A DNA stretch of 64,000 nucleotides from a bacterium (GTDB taxonomy: Bacteria; Patescibacteriota; Minisyncoccia; Phycocordibacterales; UBA9973), in the NCBI GenBank assembly GCA_027484965.1, contig JAIXRY010000008.1:1069-65068 (forward strand), written 5' to 3'. The position numbers and the translations under genes were made by a program. The notes beneath the pieces are model-generated. The model was not told the DNA's origin, did not search any database, and saw nothing but the letters and a program-made list of their open reading frames with translations. Below are positions 58,584 to 64,000 of this stretch, one piece after another (position 1 is the stretch's first letter; every line of letters starts with the position of its first letter).

Positions 58584-59918
58584 ATGGAAGACCACAAACA
58601 ACTCTGGGATAGCTGTCTGATAGAAATAGAGTCTAACACTAATAAAGCCAATTTTAATACTTGGTTTAAAAACACTTCTCTTATTAAACAAGAAGATGGA
58701 GTTGTTTATATAGGAGTTCCTAATGATTTTGTTAAGGAATGGCTTGCAACAAAATTTCACAAACTTATCTTAAAAACACTAATGAACTACACAGAAAATA
58801 TACGTTCTGTAGAGTATTCAATTATAAAAATTCAAGAGAAAGAAAAAAATGAACAAAAAGAGTTTTTTGGTTCTCTTCCTTTAAATGATTTATATATAAA
58901 CAAAGAAGATAATCTTAATCCAAGATATATATTCGATAATTTTATTGTTGGTTCTTTTAATGAGCTTGCACATGCAGCAGGTATAGCTATAAGTCAAAAC
59001 CCTGGAAAAACGTATAACCCCTTCTTTGTTTATGGAAATACAGGTCTTGGGAAAACTCACTTAATTCAAGCAATAGGAAATACAGTAAAGCTAAAAGATT
59101 CTAGTAAAAAAGTACATTATATTACTCTAGAAAAATTCTATATAGAGTGTGTTGGTGCTATCCAGTCAAATAAAATAAACATGTTTAAGGAGAAGTATAG
59201 AAAATATGATCTTCTTATAATAGACGATATCCAATTCATTACGAACAAAACAAAAACTCAAGAAGAGTTGTTCCATGTATTCAATACATTATATGAATCT
59301 GGTAAACAAATTGTATTCTCTTCAGATAAGCACCCTAACTTTATTACAGGACTTGAAGATCGTCTCAAATCTCGCTTTACACAGGGGATGATTGTAGAAG
59401 TGATGGAACCAGAATACGAGTCACGTCTTGCAATCCTGAAGGCAAAATTAGCCCAAAATGGGACTATTATACCTGATGACGTAATTGAGTATATCGCAAA
59501 CGCAATAGAAGGTAACATTCGTGAACTAGAAGGCAATTTAAACACTATTATTTGCCAAGTACAACTAAAAAATAAGCCTATCGAAATAAATGATGTTAAA
59601 CATCTTCTAAAAAATACAATTAAACCAAAAAAACAAGTAGCTATTGAAGATATTGTTAAAACAATTGCTAATTTCTATGGAGTAGAAGAGACTGCTATAT
59701 ACGAAAAAACAAGAAGAAAAGAGATTGTTCATGCAAGACAAATTATTATGTATATATTACGTGAAGAATTTAATGTTTCATTTCCTTTAATCGGTCAAAG
59801 ACTTGGAGGTAAAGACCATACAACAGTTATTCATTCATGTACAAAAATTAAAAATGATTTAAACAAAGAACCTGATCTGTGTCATGAAATAGATAAAATA
59901 AAAATACTTTTTAAATAA
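58584..59918 (+). CDS. dnaA: Chromosomal replication initiator DnaA
   Basis: FNTWF, YNPFFVYGNTGLGKTHL, IDDIQF, GNIRELEG, KDHTTVIH; start reassigned to MEDHK. Confidence 0.98.
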   Translation: MEDHKQLWDSCLIEIESNTNKANFNTWFKNTSLIKQEDGVVYIGVPNDFVKEWLATKFHKLILKTLMNYTENIRSVEYSIIKIQEKEKNEQKEFFGSLPLNDLYINKEDNLNPRYIFDNFIVGSFNELAHAAGIAISQNPGKTYNPFFVYGNTGLGKTHLIQAIGNTVKLKDSSKKVHYITLEKFYIECVGAIQSNKINMFKEKYRKYDLLIIDDIQFITNKTKTQEELFHVFNTLYESGKQIVFSSDKHPNFITGLEDRLKSRFTQGMIVEVMEPEYESRLAILKAKLAQNGTIIPDDVIEYIANAIEGNIRELEGNLNTIICQVQLKNKPIEINDVKHLLKNTIKPKKQVAIEDIVKTIANFYGVEETAIYEKTRRKEIVHARQIIMYILREEFNVSFPLIGQRLGGKDHTTVIHSCTKIKNDLNKEPDLCHEIDKIKILFK

Positions 59919-60129
59919 TACATATGTGTATAACTTGTTGAAAAATATGGATTAATAGTTAATAACATTTAATATAGATTAGTTACAAACATCTATTCAA
60001 TTTATTCACTTACTTAATTCACAATGTAAAAAATCTATAAACGTATTAAATAAAAGATATTATTAAGTAATCCACATATCCACAGAGTTATTATTAGGAT
60101 GTTTTTAAAAAATAAGGAAAAATAAATAT
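59919..60129. other. oriC: Putative oriC (dnaA-dnaN intergenic region)
   Basis: TGTGTATAA 59925 (perfect reverse box), TAATCCACA and ATATCCACA near 60068-60084, AT-rich. Confidence 0.75.
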
Positions 60130-61233
60130 ATGAAAGCAGAATGTTCAGTGGAAAAAATTAAAGAAGCACTTACTCAAGTAGAGAGAATTACAGGTAAAAA
60201 TCTAACACTCCCTATCTTAAGTGCTGTACTTATTATTGTTTCTAAAAATCAATGTAAGTTACGTTCTACAAATCTTAGTATAGGAATTGAAATAGATATA
60301 CCAGCAAAAGTAACAGAAGAAGGTGTTGTTGCTGTAAAAGGTGATATTATTGCTCAATTTTTTAATACAATAAAAACACAAGGAACAATAACTCTAGAAA
60401 GCGTTAATGATAACCTTGTAATTACAACAAAAGAAAGTAGTTCAACAATAAAATGTCTTCCTTCTGAAGATTTTCCTACTATTCCGGTTGTTGAGTCTGT
60501 AGAGTATTTAATTCAAAATAAGAAATTTATTGATGGAATTCGTTCTGTATATTACAGTGCTTCTATTTCAGATATAAAACCAGAGATAGCGAGTATTTAT
60601 ATTTATAAAAATCAAGAAGATTTGGTTTTTGTTGCTACAGACTCATTTCGTCTTGCTGAAAAGAAAATAAAAATAAATTCACAAGTAGAATTTCCAGAAA
60701 TACTTATACCTTTTAAGAATGTTGTAGAAATAATTCGTGTTCTTCAAGATGGAACGGGGGATTTGATTGTAAGAGCAACTAAAACTCAAATATCATTTAC
60801 AGATAAAGAAAGGGGTATATACTTAACATCTCGTATTATTGATGGTATTTTCCCGGACTATAAACAAATTTTACCAAAAGAGCATATAACAGAAGTTACT
60901 GTATTAAAACAAGATTTACTTCAAGCTTTAAAATTATCGAATATTTTTAGTGATAAGTTTAATCAAATTATCTTGAAAGTTGATACTGAAAGTAAATTTT
61001 TGGAAATAGATTCAAAAAATAATGATGTTGGAGAAAATACTATAAAAGTTAATATAAAATGTTCTGGAGAAAATATTTCAATGAGTTTTAATCAAAAATA
61101 TTTTTTAGACTGTTTTCAATCAATTAGTGAAGACACTGTAGTGCTTCACTTTACTCAAACAAATAGACCTATGACGATTACGGGCGGCGTAAATAATTCT
61201 TTCCTCTATCTTGTAATGCCTCTAAATAGATAG
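60130..61233 (+). CDS. dnaN: DNA polymerase III beta clamp
   Basis: LPILS, STNL, VATDSFRLAE, IDGIFPDY, YLVMP. Confidence 0.96.
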   Translation: MKAECSVEKIKEALTQVERITGKNLTLPILSAVLIIVSKNQCKLRSTNLSIGIEIDIPAKVTEEGVVAVKGDIIAQFFNTIKTQGTITLESVNDNLVITTKESSSTIKCLPSEDFPTIPVVESVEYLIQNKKFIDGIRSVYYSASISDIKPEIASIYIYKNQEDLVFVATDSFRLAEKKIKINSQVEFPEILIPFKNVVEIIRVLQDGTGDLIVRATKTQISFTDKERGIYLTSRIIDGIFPDYKQILPKEHITEVTVLKQDLLQALKLSNIFSDKFNQIILKVDTESKFLEIDSKNNDVGENTIKVNIKCSGENISMSFNQKYFLDCFQSISEDTVVLHFTQTNRPMTITGGVNNSFLYLVMPLNR

Positions 61234-61234
61234 T

Positions 61235-61519
61235 ATGGACCATATAGACGGGTTTTTAGGGGGAGTGCTTGGTAGAATTAAAAAGAATTTTGTTTTTAAA
61301 ACAAAAATGTTTATTCTTATAAAAGAAATATACGGAGATATTTTAGAAGAAAAAGATTTTGAATATGAAGATGGAAAATTATCTTTTTTTTTAAGACCTA
61401 TATTAAAACAAGAAATAAAGTATAAAGAAGAAGAATTGCGCACAAAAATAAATAGTGAATTACATATAACCCTGTCTTCTATACAATATTATTCTCCAAA
61501 AAATAAAACACCTCAATAA
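61235..61519 (+). CDS. Possible DciA/DUF721-like helicase loader
   Basis: Follows dnaN; GKL...PILKQEI..KEEEL..KIN pattern. Confidence 0.5.
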   Translation: MDHIDGFLGGVLGRIKKNFVFKTKMFILIKEIYGDILEEKDFEYEDGKLSFFLRPILKQEIKYKEEELRTKINSELHITLSSIQYYSPKNKTPQ

Positions 61520-61538
61520 TTGAGGTGTTTTATTTTTT
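61498..61538. terminator. Bidirectional terminator
   Basis: aaaaaataaaacacctcaa-taa-ttgaggtgttttatttttt; the loop is the stop codon. Confidence 0.75.
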
Positions 61539-64000
61539 TAATTATTATATGAGAGAGGTATTACTTTTTCATTTTTATTATATTCTGTATCTACTATAAC
61601 TATTTTTAGATTATTATCTTCATTTAATATATTTTCATCCGGAGTAAAGTCATACATTAAATTAGTGCTCGAACCAATAAATATATTATTTAAAAATACG
61701 TCCATTTTTTTTAATTGTTTATTAGTTAGAGATATTTGAATACTTATTGGAGTATCTTTTTCTATTATAGTGTCTCCTTGGGGTAATAATACTTTAAAAT
61801 CAGGTTTACTGTATTGTGTGTGTATGTTGTCAAAGTATGAGGGTTTTATTGGTGTAAAAATATTATATTGGCCTTTATTTTTAGACCACCAATTTTGAAC
61901 AGCAGTTTCCCAATTATTATATTGTGAATCACTGTTTGGGTTGCTTGGACTAGGGCCTTTAGGGTCGTTTTTATTAACCCAATACAGTATTGAATGTATA
62001 TTAGGTACAACCCTTTCTTCTTTTGTCTCATCAGGTGTGTATTCTGTTGCGAGTCCTCCAGATATTTTATCAATAAAAAATGTTTCTCCACCTTGCCATA
62101 CACCTCGGAGAATTGGTTTTGTATCTAGTGGTATTTCTTGAGGTGGAATAAATTCTTCTCTATCCTTTTTTGTAAGTGCAAATCTCATAAATTCATTCCA
62201 TGTTGGACCAGCAAGAGCTGCACCACCTTTTTTCATTGGAGTGTTATCATTGTTTCCGGCCCACACTCCTGTGACTATGTTAGGAGTATAACCAATCAAC
62301 CATGCATCTTTGTTGTTGTTTGTAGTACCTGTCTTAGCTGCCACATTATATCCTGGTATATAAAGTGCAGAATTTGCTCCGAATGTCGGTATGCGTGCAT
62401 TATTATCACTAAGAACGCTATTAATCAATCTTACTGCTTGGGTGTTAAGTAGTGGGGTGCCGCTTTCTTTATATTCTTCAAGAACTTGCGCGTCTTTATC
62501 TTTAATTTGAAGAATTCCTGTTATTGAGTTTTTTACGCCATCATTTGCAAATATTCCGTATGCATTTGTTATATCAAGTAATGAAACTTCACCACCTCCA
62601 AGTACTAAAGATAGACCATATTGATTTTTATCTCCTGTCATGTTTACACCCATACTACGAGCTTTCCTGAGTGCATCATCAACACCAACAAGATAGAGCA
62701 TCTTAACAGCTGGAACGTTTATTGATTGTTGGAGTGCGTCACGTAGAGTGATAGGGCCTCTGTTTTTGTTGTCATAATTATCTGGCATATAACACTCTTC
62801 TTTTTTGTGACCTGGTTCTGGTTTTCCGTATGGATTACATACAGTAGAAAATTCTGTTGGAACATCAAATACTGTTGTATTTGGTGTATATCCTTTTTCG
62901 AAAGCAGTTTCATAAATAAAAGGTTTGAAGGATGATCCAGGTTGGCGTCTTGCTGTCGCAATATTAAATGCTCCGTCTATTGTTGTATCAAAATAATCTC
63001 TTGAACCTACCATTGCAAGTATCTGACCTGTTTTTGGGTCTATTGAAACAAGACTTTGATTTGTTGCGTTGTATGCCTTTTCGCTTTCTTTTGCATTTCT
63101 ATAAACAATATCTTCAGCTTGTTTTTGTAGTGTATAATCCAATGTTGTGATTACATTTAATCCGCCTGTTTGAATTACATCTGGTCCGTACTTTTCTTCA
63201 AGTTGTTGTTGTATGTAAAATACAAAATGAGGAGCTTTTATTCCTGTTGATTGTTCTGGTTTAAATACAACAACTTCATTTTTTGCATCGTCTCTTTCTT
63301 TTTCTGTAATTATTTTAAGTTCGGCCATTCTATTGAGAACAATATTTTTTCTCTCATCTAACTTTGCTTTATTTTTTTTGTAAGGTGAATAGAGAGTAGG
63401 TGCATTAGGAATAGCTGCCATATACGCAGCTTCTGCGAGTGTTAAATCTTTTGGGTCTTTTCCAAAAAACATACGAGCACCTTCTTTTGCTCCATATACG
63501 GTTCCTCCATATGGATTGTTATTTATATAAAGTTCTAGAATTTGTTCTTTAGAAAAAACAGTCTCAATTTTGTAAGCAAGAACAACCTCTTTTATTTTAC
63601 GAGTTATACTTTTATCTTGTGTAAGAAGTGAATTTTTAATTACTTGTTGAGTAATTGTTGAACCTCCTTGTTTTGCCTTACCACTTGTTAGATTTACTTT
63701 TATTGCTCTAAGTATTGATATTGGTCGGACTCCATTATGTGTATAAAAATTATTATCTTCAATAGCTACCGTTGCTTGAGGTAGCCATTTTCCCATATCT
63801 GCAAAAGGAATTTCTGTTCTTTTTGTATTTATATGAAAGTCATACAAAACAACTCCTCCTGTACGATCGTAGATTTTTGTAGAATTTTCTATACGACGAG
63901 CTTCAAAACTCTTAAAATCAGGTATTTGAGCTGTTGCTACATATATCATAATTCCCGCAATTCCTATAAAGAATATACCTAAAAATAGGAAAAGAGTATT
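61538..64000 (-). CDS. Class A penicillin-binding protein (PBP1A-like), 5' end outside window
   Basis: AIEDNNFY, QGGSTITQQ, RKIKE, SSFK, SIN, KTGTT; frame stays open through a TM segment to the window edge. Confidence 0.93.
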   Translation of the reverse strand, partial: NTLFLFLGIFFIGIAGIMIYVATAQIPDFKSFEARRIENSTKIYDRTGGVVLYDFHINTKRTEIPFADMGKWLPQATVAIEDNNFYTHNGVRPISILRAIKVNLTSGKAKQGGSTITQQVIKNSLLTQDKSITRKIKEVVLAYKIETVFSKEQILELYINNNPYGGTVYGAKEGARMFFGKDPKDLTLAEAAYMAAIPNAPTLYSPYKKNKAKLDERKNIVLNRMAELKIITEKERDDAKNEVVVFKPEQSTGIKAPHFVFYIQQQLEEKYGPDVIQTGGLNVITTLDYTLQKQAEDIVYRNAKESEKAYNATNQSLVSIDPKTGQILAMVGSRDYFDTTIDGAFNIATARRQPGSSFKPFIYETAFEKGYTPNTTVFDVPTEFSTVCNPYGKPEPGHKKEECYMPDNYDNKNRGPITLRDALQQSINVPAVKMLYLVGVDDALRKARSMGVNMTGDKNQYGLSLVLGGGEVSLLDITNAYGIFANDGVKNSITGILQIKDKDAQVLEEYKESGTPLLNTQAVRLINSVLSDNNARIPTFGANSALYIPGYNVAAKTGTTNNNKDAWLIGYTPNIVTGVWAGNNDNTPMKKGGAALAGPTWNEFMRFALTKKDREEFIPPQEIPLDTKPILRGVWQGGETFFIDKISGGLATEYTPDETKEERVVPNIHSILYWVNKNDPKGPSPSNPNSDSQYNNWETAVQNWWSKNKGQYNIFTPIKPSYFDNIHTQYSKPDFKVLLPQGDTIIEKDTPISIQISLTNKQLKKMDVFLNNIFIGSSTNLMYDFTPDENILNEDNNLKIVIVDTEYNKNEKVIPLSYNN

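Noticed and set aside
1-64000. Alternative genetic code 25 (UGA=Gly)
   Set aside because: Long conserved and Gly-rich ORFs are intact under code 11.

Overview
AT-rich chromosomal window, read with genetic code 11. Gene content and protein families point to a Patescibacteria/CPR bacterium, most likely Parcubacteria (inference). In order it contains: a type IV pilus pilB-pilC pair with adjacent fibre/Ig-like surface proteins; housekeeping genes (nusA, ppa, tig, clpP, rny, hup, cca, xth, xer recombinase, rpsO, comM, pcrA, rsmA) interleaved with single ORFan genes; four tRNAs (Pro-UGG, Gly-UCC, Arg-UCG, Gly-GCC); a ~17 kb conjugation-like T4SS cluster (VirB6-like, PrgI, VirB4, VirB2-like pilin fused to a lytic transglycosylase); and the yidC-yidD-rnpA-rpmH / dnaA-dnaN origin region with DnaA boxes. 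No CRISPR array, transposase or prophage was seen. The most unusual signals are: (1) nine parS-like palindromes in 1.1 kb, ~36 kb from dnaA, three of which encode an extra loop inside the CCA-adding enzyme; (2) two multibranched non-coding elements sharing an AGCA loop and a GCGACGG motif, one of which pairs with a tRNA 3' end; (3) a family of very long intergenic palindromes, many with GAA/TTC triloops; (4) pervasive leaderless -10/ATG architecture; (5) a duplicated tRNA-Pro 5' half ending at position 37. All calls come from reading the sequence; no searches were run.
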